From Octopus bimaculoides (Eukaryota): 64,000 nucleotides of DNA. The stretch is from contig NC_068984.1 of the NCBI RefSeq assembly GCF_001194135.2, positions 44,518,166 to 44,582,165 of the forward strand. The letters are read 5' to 3'. Position 1 is the first letter of the stretch; each line of letters begins with the position of its first letter. Under the pieces are notes generated by a model. The model ran no database searches. It was not told where the DNA came from and saw only the letters and a list, made by a program, of their open reading frames with translations. The translations under genes and the position numbers were made by a program. This document shows positions 34,721 to 48,557 of the stretch, one piece after another.

Positions 34721-36819
34721 ATCAAAGGGTAGATATTTACAAGAAGTTTCTTAAGCAATTTTTGAATAATTGCAACAGAGCTTCTACAGATAACTTTCAA
34801 AGCTAATCAATAAAAATAAACAGCAATATATACATCATCTTATAGATACAGTCATTTGTTTTAAAGACAGCTATTTTATAATTGATTTCCTTTGGAAAGT
34901 CATGAAGACCCTGTATTTTGAGAGAGAAGTGAAAAGTTGTGAAGCACAGTAAATAGGTTTTGATCAAGAACCACAGTAAATTTGGGATTTCATTTCACCA
35001 GAAACATATATTATATTTTATGACATTCATGACAGAATAACGAATTATTGTTTAGTTAAGACTGTCCATGATATCAGTAGCTTACTTTTACATTTATTAG
35101 TTATGAATATTGAATGTTTATAGTCTAGGGAAAGTCACAGATGGTTCTGTCATTGATATAATACTGAGCAATAAACTCAGGGTATTGCAGCTTTTCCCAG
35201 TCACTAGTGTTACTTTGTATTCACAGCCAAGACAGCTGCGATCAGTCAAGTCCACCTGAGTCAAAGTAGACTATGTAGGTAGTACAATTTACTGTTGTTA
35301 GCTGCATAACATATCAATATCATGCTGAGTTAAGTTTGACATTTCCCTTCAAGGAAATTTATCTGACTGACCTGACTCTTATCCTGAGCAACATTTATTT
35401 TTCATCCATTTCATGTTATTGATTCTTCTGAGTTAGAAATAATTTTGTTTTATAATCTGACATAATTGGTTTCAAATTTGAAATTCATAAAGAAATCAAA
35501 CATTAGATGGGTAACAACTGTGAATAAATACCATTTTACACAGGTTAAAATGGGGTCTGCCACAGTCAAACTCAACACAATAATGCTCTAGATTGCAAAT
35601 AAGACAGAAAAAAGAAATCTCTCTAATAGGCAGGCCTACACACATAACCAAGCTGTATCTTCTTAGTCTTGGATGGTTTCTTATACTGACTTATCTTCTA
35701 AAATTACTGAACCTAAAACACATCACATAAACCTAATTGATACTTTTACCTTTTCTATTGTTTCTCCTACCACCTTATCCCTACTCCTGTCAGAACTCAT
35801 AATGAATGCTTTACCCAGTCCTTAATCGGGACTGCATTTTCTCTGGAATGCTAATCCCATCTGTTGTCTTTTCATTGTCTAATCTTTAATAATTTCATTA
35901 AGGCACTATCACAAAAATTATATTCTAGTTATTCCAATATACACCTGCCTAGAATAATCAAGAAATGCTATGAACACTGTTCTTCCTCTTTAGACCAAGA
36001 AACAAGAAAACCTCATCATATTTTCAGTCAGAGAAGTAGAAGCAATGACCATGATCTCTCCGTCTCTCTCTGCTGCCAGTCTAGTGAAATTAAAGTGAGT
36101 GATATTCATTTTTAACATGCTTAAGTTGATGTCTACTGGAAAAATAAGGAACAGGAGACAAAAATTAGTATTCCTTTCTTGTCAGGAAGGACTGGTAGTG
36201 TTTAACCCTTTAGCATTTAAATCAGCCATATCTAGCCCAAATATTCTCACTGTTTTATTTTCAAACCAGCCAGATCCAGCCTCTCACACCTACCCTACGA
36301 TGTCATTCTACAAACAATCACATCATCAACATCTCAAACCTACAAGATGATGCATATGAATAAGTAAGTAGTACATTTGAAAGAATAATCTGAATGAAAA
36401 AGGGTTAATGTAGGATTTTCTTTATTATTTGAGTTAGTAAGGGTAACTGGTACAGTAACCTACAGCATTTCTAGGATGCATGGTAAATTGGGCAAGTGTC
36501 TTCTACCATAGCCTGAGGCTGACCAAAGTCTTATGAATGGATTTGGTAGATGGAAACTGAAACTCATCGTATATCTATATATATATATAAAAACAAGGGA
36601 TGTCTGTGTGTAATACGTATGCATTTCTACAGTTTTCAACCAATTTTCACCAAACGTTACACACATATTACTTATGTGCCAAGGATGGTCATGCACTATA
36701 ATTTTTTGCCCAGAGCTCCTGTATAAGACAAGAAACGGGAAAATGTGTTTTACATGGGTTTTTCTCTAAAAACTGCAGTTTCAACCGATTCTCTCCCTTT
36801 TCTCATTGTTTCTCTTTAC

Positions 36820-37075
36820 ATATATTCTCTCTCACCCTCTGTAATAGTTTCTCTCTTTTAATCTGTCTTCTTTCTTTTCTTCTTTTGTTCTTCCTCTCTC
36901 CCTCCTTTCTTACACCTTTTCCTTCTTTCTTTCTCCCATCCTCCCTTTCTTTTCTTCCTTCTCCCCTTCTTTCTTTCTTTCACCTTCCTGCTTTCTTTTT
37001 TTTTTTGTCTTCATCCCACTCTCTTCTTTCTTTCCTTCCCTCCTACCTTCTTTCCTTCTTCCTTTCTTTTTGTTC
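36820..37075. repeat. CT-rich low-complexity tract
   Basis: Almost purely pyrimidine on the plus strand. Confidence 0.9.
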
Positions 37076-40000
37076 AACTAAAAGCAGTGCTCCAGCATGG
37101 CCACAGTGAAATGACTGAAACAAGTAAAAGAATAAAAATCTATGTTATTTTAATCCCGAGCAATGCCAAGTATCTCTGCTAGTATATGTATATATATTTA
37201 TGTGTGAGAGTCTTTGTGTCCGTGTTTGTCCCCCAATACCACTTGACAACTGGTGTTAGCATATTTATGTTCCTGTAACTTAGTGGTTTGGCAAAAGAGA
37301 CCAATTGAATAAGTACCAGGCTATAAAAAAAATATAAATATTGGGGTTGATTTGGCTGACTAAAATTCTTCAAGGCAGTGCCCCAATATCACTGAAACAA
37401 GCAAGAAATCAAAAGTAAAAAGAGACAAAAGACAATGGGTTATATTCTTGAAGAATATAACAAAAAAATCCAAATACTCACTTAAACAACAGTTCTCAAC
37501 TTAATGTCTCCTTAGAAACATGATGAACTCACAGACAAGTGGCAAGTGTTATGATGGTGCTATGAAGGGGTGAGGACTTGAGGAAGTCGTGATATTCCTT
37601 AGAAGTAAAATGTTTAACCCTTTAGCATTCAGATTACTCTGTCAAATTTAATACTGATTAATAGTGCTGTTTTGAATTAACCCTGCATTATCTTCTAACT
37701 TTGACAATGCAATAATGTGATTGTATATTTTTAGTATGACATTGTAAGATAGATGTAAGAAGTCAGATTTTGACAGTTTGAATATAAAACAGGTAGAATA
37801 TTAGAATATTTGGGATGGATATGGCCAGTTCAAATGCTAAAGGTCTAAACCAGGTATATAATACTTCTATTTTAAACACATTTTGAGTATTAGAACATGA
37901 ATGACACATTGCATCAGTGAGGAAGAAACATGGCTTGATGATTCAACAAGGTCCAATTATATGTCTTTGCTGCCACTTATAATTTCCATAAAAATCTAAC
38001 GTAGGGGATAATATAAAAAATATGGATAATAAACTACTGTGCAAAATTAACTTCAATTTAATTAAAATAATTTGTACTTTTTAGTTTTTTTTTTAGGTAA
38101 GTGGTATTTCTAAGACTCCATTTGGCAAAAGGGATGATGAGATACAAAAGTTTCAGAACCACAACCGATTAAGGTACAGGTACATCAAAAGTCATTACTG
38201 CAAGACATATTTGAAAGCAAAGAAATCTTGGGATTGATTAACGGTGGGGGTAGGGGGAAAGAGACATCAACATCAATGTATTTTCCAATGACCTGTGTAG
38301 TTATGGAAGTAATAAATTAATATTTTCAAACATCAAGACATATTCTTCTTTTTGAAATAAGCAAATAAAAATTAGAATGATTATTTATATATTTTAACTT
38401 TATTCTTTATTTAAAAAGATATGTCTTTGTACATATTTATACAAACATAATATATTCACAAATATATTTATACCATTGTCATTTAACATTTGTCTTCCCT
38501 GCTGTATAATATATACATATACACATATATATATATAGTGGTTGGCGTTAGGAAGGGCATCCAGCTGTAGAAACTCTGCCAAATCAGACTGGAGCCTGGT
38601 GTTGCCATCCGGTTTCACCAGTCCTCAGTCAAATCGTCCAACCCATGCTAGCATGGAAAGCGGACGTTAAACGATGATGATGATGATGATGATGATGATA
38701 TTTACAAATACATACACATTATAAGAATATTATACATTCAATATTCATTCATTATTTGGATTTTAGCATTGTTGTATTGTTATTTGTAAAAGATATGTAA
38801 TAATTAAGAAAATTTTTTCTGATGTTTGTTCTGAGAAGCTGTTATTTTTATTATATTTCTTTTTAACTGGGAAAAGGCAAATGAGAGAGTGCATAGGACA
38901 GGAGAGGATTTTTTTTAGTTAATGGGTTTGAAATGTTAAGGAGTCATTGTATTGTGTAAAAGTATACAATGCAGAAGGAAAAGTGTGTAGAACAGCAGTG
39001 GTGGTCTAGATGCTGTATTTTCTGCACTATTCACATGGAATAAACACTGTATCAGTAAAGGGGCGAACAGATCAGTGAGACGAGTATAGGATTAGATAGT
39101 ATCAAGTGTAAGCAAGAATATAGTCAGCAAAATTTTGAAGTTCAGATAATATTTTATTTATTTGATACAGATTGTTTAAGAAGAGAGGGATGGGGCTGAC
39201 TAGTGGAAAGAAGGGCCAAAATAATCCTCAGATCCAAAACCTGGTCTGATTGCTTGTAACTGAGTGAATTCTGCGAAAGGCACCCAAGGATCAGGTGTGA
39301 TGTTAAACTAGATGATAGATTAAGTCAGTTACCCATGAATAATATCAAACCCACCAACAAGCTTTCAAATTTGGTTGAACCCCAGGCTAAAGTAGAAGCC
39401 ATATACCCATGGTATAGTGCAGTGGGATAAAACTTGAAATGATGTAGTGGCAAAATGAACTTCTAAACCATAAAGCCACATCTTATAGTAGCAGCAAAAA
39501 TGAAGGAGATATACAGTAATAATGAGCTGACAGTAGAAGTTTTGTATTGATGGTTGATGTTAGTTAATAGATAGAGAATGTTTATATTTGAAGGAGACAC
39601 ATACTCCCCAATGGAGAAAAGAACTTTTATGGCAAGGAATTTTAGTTAACTATTAATTACTTACAAGTGCAATATTTCTTCACTCCATAAGACAATCTGC
39701 TTCTCTTGATGCAGTTTAATTTCCTAAAAAGAACAGATTCCCCAGGAAAGTTTACGGTAAAAGGTGAGGTGTAACATATGTAAACAAATGATATTTACTA
39801 AATTGGAAAATGTGATGCAGTTTTCTTCATTGAAGGAAAAAGTGAGAAAGAGAGTTATGAAATTTGCTTGATTATCTTATGAAGATAGTATTGAATGGGA
39901 AAATTGGGTTTAAAGACATGAAGAAATAGAGAAGAATTTGTAAAGGTGCGCAGTAGTGATTAATGAGGAGCTATTGGTGAAAAAGAGAGAACTGAGGAGA

Positions 40001-41661
40001 TGAGATATTTTAGGGAAATACTGCAAGATGTGGATAGGGAATTAAGAGGGAGGGTGTTGATATCAGTGGGGATGATATTTTCAGTACAAGTATTTTGTGT
40101 TCAGGTATAATTCATAGGAAGGGAGTTTGGTTTGTATTTGTTGTAATTTTACAACAGACATGTTTTTTGAATGCAAAGGTTAATTTCATCAACCATTTAG
40201 ATTTATCATGATCACAGATATTGTTTTCGTTTCAATAACTATTCTTCAATTACGAGCTACATAACAAAACTCCATGTAAAATGTACCAAAGAATCAATAA
40301 CTGAAAAAAAATTATTTAAGATTAGAGTCTCTTCTTTAGAATCAACTATTTTACATCTAATAACTATTTTAACAGCTTCTAAAAAAGCTAAATAGTTATC
40401 TCAAGATTAAGATTTTTAAACCAAAAGTTATGATTATCTTGCAGTTAATTACAATTAAAGAAACTAATAAAGGTCTGTTATTTTTTGATCATAGTCAATG
40501 GCTTAGACAGGATATCAAAAGTGAAAAATGTAATACCATTATCATAACCTTCCTTTATAGTTTATTTTTTTATAATTCCAAGGACACTGTCTTTGAAACT
40601 TCTAGTTTACGTGAGAACTGGAACATTTAATTAACCTGGACTAGAGTCAGGCTATTAAAACTTCTATACTTTTTTTTTCATATGAGCAATATATCCTAAA
40701 TCAAGCAGAACTGAACAGTTTTACTATAATGTTTAACCATTCTTTCAGGTCATCCACAGACTAAGCCTAAATCCTACCGTATTTTCTCTGTCTCAAGTAA
40801 TGACATTGCTCATCTCTTCATACTGATTGTACATAGAGGAGAATCTTCTCTCTATATGTGGCTACTATGTAAAATAAATGGTAAGTACTTTAAACAACAC
40901 CAGGAACCAAAGTTTCTGATTTTTGACAAAATAAATATTCGATATGTGAAAAAACTAAATAAGTTAAATTTGTATTTAAAATAATGAATTTGACTATTTA
41001 AAAAAATTTTGTTTCTCTCTGGTATCAGTTTGTAATATTTGGAAACAGTATTCCACGCATCTTCATAATTTCCTAGAATTTCATTCGTTGAACTCACAAA
41101 CTTTTTGTGGAATGATAATGTCATAAAAAGAAAGAAAAAGAAAAAGCAATTGTCCATCGAACACAAAATATGACATTAACAGACTAATCAAGGAACAGCT
41201 GGAAGCAACAATTTCTTTGATTTACATAAGTAAGGGTTTATTCAGAATAGAATCAACTGACTTGATATCAATCCAGTGTTGGTTTCTATTTCCTTCCTCA
41301 AACACTCAAAAGATGAAAGTCAAAGTTGGGTTTGGTGGGATTTGAACGCAAAAATAGTGAAACCATAAAATAAATAATTCAGGTATATTGTTTGCGTTAA
41401 CACAACCTTAATTTCTTAAATAATAATAACAAAATAGACAGATTATCCCAACACTGTTCAAGTGCCAACCAGCTAAGTTCCATAGCTGTTACTAAGAATC
41501 TATCATTGAGACATGGTTCTGTTGATCAATAAATAAGTATTTCAGGGCTGGATCAATAAACAACTGTCTTTTGAGAGTACAAAGATAATATGGATGGCAT
41601 CAATGAATTTTAAAAATTTCTTGAAACAGCTAAATTCAAGGTGGTTTCATAGTATTACATA

Positions 41662-41808
41662 TCAAACAGTACAGTTATGTGTTCGAGATAAACCAACTCC
41701 TTGAATGTAGAGGTTACCACAGAGACAGAGAAGAATGATTGAGAAAGTGTTGAAGTATATCATATTCCGAAACACAGGTTGCAAACTGCCTTCTCTATAC
41801 CAGATTAT
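41662..41808 (-). CDS. TMEM243: TMEM243 last coding exon (IIWYREGSLQPVFRNMIYFNTFSIILLCLCGNLYIQGVGLSRTHNCTV*)
   Basis: Resembles human IYWYRQGDLEPKFRKLIYY...MLCICANLYFHDVG. Acceptor tccatttcag; TGA at 41664-41662. The spliced product is 122 aa. Confidence 0.94.
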   Translation of the reverse strand: MIWYREGSLQPVFRNMIYFNTFSIILLCLCGNLYIQGVGLSRTHNCTV

Positions 41809-42355
41809 CTGAAATGGAAATTTAATAATATATGATTTTGAAAGGTGGAAATAAAAATGAATAGGCGTGTGTATGTGTGTGCATGTGTGGATGTATTTAT
41901 ATTTAAATTAAAATGTTCTTCTTCATTATTTTTCCCCACTACTAAAGTTTATAAAGAGTTAAGTGACCTGGTCATGGATACACCACTACACCAGTTTACT
42001 GTAGTAAAACAGCAGGTAATCAAGATACTGAATTATCCTCAGAGAGTGATCTGGTTTGAATGCTCACAATAGAGTTATTCTCAAGACATCCAAAGGTCCA
42101 AGTGGTGGTGATAAATAAAGTGATAGATTAAGACTCTCTCATATTTTTTATTGCTTATTCAGGAAAAAGAAACAAAGTCTATGACACTTCACTTTGTCTC
42201 TGAGATTGGTGGGAGGGATGGAGGGGTGGTAAAGTAAGGTAAAGTTACCTTCTTGAGTCATGGTGACTCATAAGAGACAGTTTCCTAGTTTCCAAGGCAT
42301 ATATATTCTCCACCTGGACCGGACACCAGTCTGATGCAGGATTACTCATTTTTGC

Positions 42356-42745
42356 CAGCTGAGTAGACTGGAGCAATGTGAAATGAAGTGCTTTGTTCAA
42401 GAACACAACGTGCTGCCCAGTCCGAGAATTGAAACCACAATCTTACGATCATGAATCCAATAACCTAACCACTCATATCTACAGCTGAGTGGACTGGAGC
42501 AAGGTGAAATGAAGTGTCTTGCTCAAGAAATATAACATATTGCCCGGTCCAGATATCGAAATCACAATCTTACAATCATGAATCCAACACCCTAACCACT
42601 AGTGGTACTCACTTCTACAGCTGAGTGGACTGGAGCAACGTGAAATGAAGTGTTTTGCTTGAGAACTCAACGTGTTGCCTGGTCCAGGAATTGAAACCAC
42701 AATCTTATGATCATGAGTCCAACATTCCTAACCACTAAGCCATAT
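42356..42745 (-). repeat. Three tandem, diverged SINE-head units of about 120-135 bp
   Basis: The unit cagctgagt(a/g)gactggagcaa...gaaaccacaatctta...taaccact recurs at about 42356, 42480 and 42617. Confidence 0.85.
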
Positions 42746-43042
42746 GCCAAGGGAGAAGGGAAAGCATGCTGAAACCAAAGATCTGCTCTGAGTGTCTGCA
42801 ACAGAGTCGACTTCAATTAAAATATCCAACAATCAGGTGGCAGTATTAAACTGGGCAGCAAATTAAGTCAGTTACCTAATATAGGTCACAGTGGCATTTG
42901 AGTCTAGGATTCACAGAGATGGAACAAACCCTGCAAGGCAACCCATTTGATGTCCTAAGGATTCCACTAGTCCACCATCTTAGACTGGTATTTTATTTAT
43001 CAACTCTAGAAAAATGAAGGCTGAAGCTGACCTCAGTTGGAT

Positions 43043-43179
43043 TTCAATTCAGAATATGAGGGGCCAGAATAAATATTCAATTCAGAATACGAGGGGCCAG
43101 AATAAATATTCAATTCAGAATACGAGGGGCCAGAATAAATATTCAATTCAGAATACGAGGGGCCAGAATAAATATTCAA
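43043..43179. repeat. 33-bp minisatellite, about 4.1 copies
   Basis: Unit TTCAATTCAGAATACGAGGGGCCAGAATAAATA at 43043, 43076, 43109 and 43142; no spacers. Confidence 0.95.
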
Positions 43180-43628
43180 CGTTCTAATATTTCTTTAAAT
43201 TTCCCCCAACCACTTGTGTTTTTCATTTATTTCTCCATCTTACACTGAATGAAATGGATTTTAAAATACTTTATATCTATATATTGGAATTACTCTTAGA
43301 GCTGGATGTCATCCTTACTACAAATAACAAAACAATAGTGATTGCTGTTGTCACCCTTACTGAAGTTAACAGAGTTATCTTTTCTTGACCAAGAGCACAA
43401 GACGACAATCTGTGGTAAAACTTGAACTCAGGAATATGTAGTCACTACTCTAGTATCTTAATCCTAGTTATGATAAAAAAATAAAGCTTTGGTTCCAAAT
43501 CACATGCTTTATAAGGTATTGTCAGTAGAGATTTGTTTGGCTAGTCTATGAATAAATGGATAAAACCTTCAATAAGATTATGAAAGAGAACAGAATTTGG
43601 AATTCTATGAAGCAGTTTATTTACTTAC

Positions 43629-43742
43629 AAGTGTTATATGGGATCCACAGACCATCATAATGATAAACGCAAAAAATATATTAACACCATCATGGTTATT
43701 TGGAGGCCAGCATGGAAAGACAAATGCACAAATGAGAGTTTC
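43629..43742 (-). CDS. TMEM243: TMEM243 coding exon 3 (ETLICAFVFPCWPPNNHDGVNIFFAFIIMMVCGSHITL)
   Basis: Resembles human VTLISAFVFPQLPPKPLNIFFA. Acceptor cttttcacag, donor CTT|GTAAGT; 114 nt, phases 0/0. Confidence 0.94.
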
Positions 43743-45631
43743 CTGTGAAAAGAAATGAAAATAATTACCAAGCAATCAATAGACCTAATAACCTACTTTC
43801 AATTCACAACGATAGACATTTGCTAATTATGTTCCCGAATCACTTAAGAAAGTCGTTGGTTATTTGGCAAGTTCATTGGTAACCTTACATTTATTTGAGT
43901 TGTAATAGGAAGCATGTCAACAATATGAGCAATTAATCATAAGTACTGCTGTGTATGTTAGTGCACAGCTGATACAATGATTCGTTTCTAACATTGGTAA
44001 AAGCTAGCTTGGAAAACAAGAGAAAATTAACACTGAATAATGTAGTCATAAAAATACAATGCCTGGGAAAATAAAGACAGGATGTTTCTGGTCAAAAGTT
44101 TGGCTAATCAGTGACAATTTGGGATTAACTCTTTAGCATTCATACTACCCTGTCAAATGCAGTGGCAGCACCATTTAACATCTGCTTTCCATGTTGGCAT
44201 GGGTTGGACGGTTAGACAGGAGTTGGCCAGGTAGAAGACTACACCAGGCTTCTGTGTCTTACTAATTCACATTATTTTGAAATAATCATGCATTATCTTG
44301 TAGCTTTGAGGTTTTGATGATATGATAGCTTATTCTTGGAATGACATTGTAGGGTAGATGTGACAAGCTAGGACTGGCTGGTTTGAAAATGAAACAAGTT
44401 GGATATTTGGGCTGGATATGGCCTGGTTAAATGCTGAAGGGTTAAAGAATAATCTATTTACAATTAAGTGGACTGAAACGTTTTGCTTGGACATACAGCA
44501 ACATGTTTGTAAAAATGCATGATATTTTTATTATTTACTCATCAAAGTTGGATATATAAAACTAAGGGCATATATTCCGGGTGTGCTAGGTGTGCGCCAC
44601 ACACCCATCGGGAAAGGAAAATTCATTATAAATATTAACCTTACTCATTAATTTAATGACAAATCTGAATGGAAAACTTCTGTTATACCCCAGCTTAAAA
44701 TTTGGTGGAGTTGGGTGTGGCAGCACACCAACTACATCAACCACCATATGCCACTGTATAGAACTGTCTCAGTGATAGTATTAAGCTCTTTGGTTATTTA
44801 GTCATTATGTTAGGATATGAGAATACAAGACTGGTTATATAGTCATCGGGCATGGATATACAGAACTACATATTAAGAATAAATAACAAAAAAATACTAT
44901 GATAAAAGACAGTGTTCAATATTCAATATCATTCATTGATCAGGCTAGAGCATTTACTACCTTGACAGTGAGAGTGCAAGAGTCTTTGATTATTCAGTAA
45001 TAAGAAATAAAAAAGGGCCACATCTGATTAGCAACAATAAGAATTATAAATGGAAAAGTCTGATATAAATTATAAAACAAATTATACAGCAATCAACTAG
45101 TAGAATTGTTAGAACATAGAAGAGATGTCTTGTGGCCATTTTTCTAGTTCTTTGTGCTTTGAGTTAAAATTCTACAAAAGTCAACTTTGCCTGTAATCCT
45201 TTAGGAGTCAATGAAGAACCAGTCAAATTTTGGAGTTGATTCTCTCTCTCTCTCTCTCACACACACACATACACAAAGTCAAATTCAGTTATGCTGCACT
45301 GTGAGAGAATCATGGGGAGGTGGGGCCCTCACAGTGTCCCTCAGCTGAAATGGAGGAGAATTGATCAAGGAACTAACGATCCCTTCTTATTTCACATGCT
45401 ACTAAAACCCTAAAAAATAACCAAGGGACAAGGCGGACATAGAGAGACTGAGGTTTTGTATAGGACAGAAATGATTTGCAACATATGTATAAAACCCACA
45501 AATTTGGGGTTAGAGGAATGTGAATTAAATTGAGTTCAATACCTGGGTCATGCTTAATTTATTGACCCTGAATGGATTAAGAGTAAAGTCATTTATAAAG
45601 ATTATAATAAAAAGCATCTTTAAATACTCAC

Positions 45632-45682
45632 CAATACAAATATGGCAGTAATAATACCAATTACTAAATTTCGCATTCGATC
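45632..45682 (-). CDS. TMEM243: TMEM243 coding exon 2 (DRMRNLVIGIITAIFVL)
   Basis: Resembles human DRIINLVVGSLTSLLIL. Acceptor ctctttacag, donor TTG|GTGAGT; 51 nt, phases 0/0. Confidence 0.92.
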
Positions 45683-46127
45683 CTGTAAAGAGGAGAAAAG
45701 AATTTATTAATACTGACTGCGTCACCTTTAAAATTTTGATATTTACATAGGTAGGTTCTCACACCAACCATTTTAACATTTGTAACTGGTCTTCGTTAAT
45801 TTTTAGAAGACTTCATTCTGCTGTAAGCATAAAAAAAAGAATCTAGTTCTTGCAGATATTCAGGAAGGGCAACAGATACACCAATCTCACCTCAAAGAAG
45901 ATGGGCTTACAAAGGTCATAGATTCATCTTCTCCTCTAACAAACTTATTAAATATGAGTAAAAGGAATGGGGCTGTAAATATTAACATATCTAAATTTTT
46001 AGTGTAAGTATTTTAGTGCAAGGTCATAAGCTCAGTCTATGCTAAAGTCATTGTGACTCCAAGGAAATACATTGCTTTGATTCGCCTCTCACAGACTTGC
46101 TGCTTCTTCTTTTAGTTGTCTCTTATG

Positions 46128-46460
46128 CTGAAAACCCCTTTGGTCATGACTGACCATGGGATTGCACCTAGAAAGTTACCCTCCGTGGTACAAGTCCTGG
46201 CAAGGTTGTTGATGGAAGACCAGCAGTCTCCCATGCATACTGGCCTCCCCTCTCCATGCCACTAGTGTTATCCAAGGGAAAGGCAAAAGCCGATACAGCT
46301 TGGCACCTGTGACGTCGCAACTTATTTCTACAGGTGAGTGAACTGGAGCAACGTGAAATAGAGTGTCTTGCTCAAGAACACAACATGCAGCCCGGTCCAG
46401 GATTCGAACTCACAATCTCACAATTGTAAGCTCGACGCTCTAACCACTGTGCCATGCGTC
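46128..46460 (-). mobile_element. tRNA-headed SINE, a further family
   Basis: Minus-strand head gcatggcacagtggttagagcgtcg...gagttcgaatcc. A partial copy is at 58740-58968; the head is related to the 42356-42745 triplet. Confidence 0.75.
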
Positions 46461-48521
46461 TCTTATACTGCTACTATAACAGCTTCTTCTCATCTGAATT
46501 AACAAGCTGTATCCCATTTTCCATGAGGTTCACTTATCACAATCATCTCTCCTCCTTTCATTATCTCTCTTTGTCTTATTCTGTCTCAACACTTTATTCA
46601 GCCACTCCTCTTTAAGAGCAGCAACTTTCCAGGGTTCTTTGTCTGGTCATCATTTATGAACAAATATCAACAGCATTCATCTAACCAACAAGGGAATGTG
46701 AAACTCATGATTATGACTCAAACTGTCCTGACTAATTAGAAAACAATATACTCATTACATAGTAATGTTTAACTCACTTAGTGGAAACAACAGTCAAATA
46801 ATGAATTAACACTTGTTCCTTTGTTATTTATCTTAATAGGTCATTCTATATTTTGTTATTGTCTGTATATGCATCCAGAAGGGAGGCTTACTGTGATAAA
46901 AGACTATCTTCCAATGGGTGCTTTTGGAAACGGATGACTATAATATATATATTGAAATTTAATGAATGTTGGAATGTAGAAATAATATATTTTACAGGTT
47001 CTTAAATAGATTTTCATAACACCATTTCAATCATGTTGACTCATAGTTAAATACTTCAATCATGTTAACTCATAGCTAAGGTTGTTTAAAGTGTAACATT
47101 TGAACTAGTTTCACTATGTGCAATATTCGGATTATGTCTTCAATTTCATTCCACAGTTAAGGTTCCATAGTTAAGATTGTTTAAAAGGTAACACAGTCCC
47201 CTAAGATATACATGAAGGGCAGTGAGAACGAGTAGAATAATATTATAAATAGACCATCCTAATCACCATTATTATCATCTAATGGTCACTTTACTATATT
47301 TACATGTGTCAGGCAGAATTTGTTGAGATAGTTTCCCTATGGTCAGATGCCCTTCCTTTTGCCAACATTCACATGTAATATTTCCCCATAACCAGACATG
47401 ATTTTCAAAGAAGATCAGAAATGAACAACATTGTTTGTATGATGGTGATACTTGTTTACAACCATTATGTGATGTCAAGATAAGGGTACACACACACACA
47501 CACACACATGACAGGTTAATTCTGGTTCTCAAAGACACAAAAAGCCAGAAACTTGGTGGCTAGGAACAGCCAATTGTATCGCCTACTGTACTTGTTTTAT
47601 CAACTGGAGAAAGGTACTTATTTTATAGATCCATAGAAGGACTCAAAGACAAAGATGACCTCAGCAGATGTTCAGGAACATAACTATATACTACAAAGAA
47701 TTTAGTCTATAACTCTTATAATTCTGCTGTCATTGATTTCTGATTTATGCACATAAAAGAAGTCAATGACGGAGGTGTGGGGGAGAGGAAGAATCCTTAG
47801 AGTTATGCCCAAAGTAGCCTGTAATATTATTTGGTAATATCCTTTTATGTTCTGTCTTCTGCGGGATCTCTACATAGTTATTCAAGCTGTTACAAATAGT
47901 AGTCAACTTTTCCCAGCTTCAAATCATACAGGACACAAGAGACAATGTAGTCTTACATAACTCTAAAAAGATGGTATGGTCTTGTCATTGATCATAGGTT
48001 TGCTTAATTGGATTAACTTGGTGACAAGCAAAAACAACTTAGGTACAAGGGCACTAAATTTTGGAACATTGCTTAGTCATCTAAATACACCTGACACTCA
48101 GCCTATAAAAATGAGAGCCAAATTTGCTCAAAGCAGTATTAGGAGTCTGAATATAAAAGGGCATTCTTACACACTTTGATAAAACAAACAAAAACACACA
48201 CACATACACACACATAAAATGTAAAATGGTGAAATAAAATAAATAATGAAAATTAGTAAAAATTTCTAAAATTAAATCTCATTGCTCTCAGAAACAAAAC
48301 TCTATGAGATTTAATCACAAAACTTGATTGAGAAGAACTTTGATCCATCAACGTTCAATAGTCAAGACAGTATAATAAAATAATAATTCTATATTCTGAA
48401 ATGACATCAAAACAATTGCTGATAATCTAGCCAATGAGGAAGATTGGTTGTGGCTGTTTTTCCTGCTAAGATGTGGCAATATATATACGCATGTGTGTGT
48501 GTGTGTGTGTGTGTCTCACAT

Positions 48522-48557
<36 letters not shown>

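Noticed and set aside
43043-43179. Possible CRISPR-like array
   Set aside because: Head-to-tail units with no spacers, in eukaryotic DNA with no cas genes.
44566-44756. Possible MITE with CAGTGGC-like termini
   Set aside because: The inverted arms are too degenerate and no TSD is visible, so it was not called.
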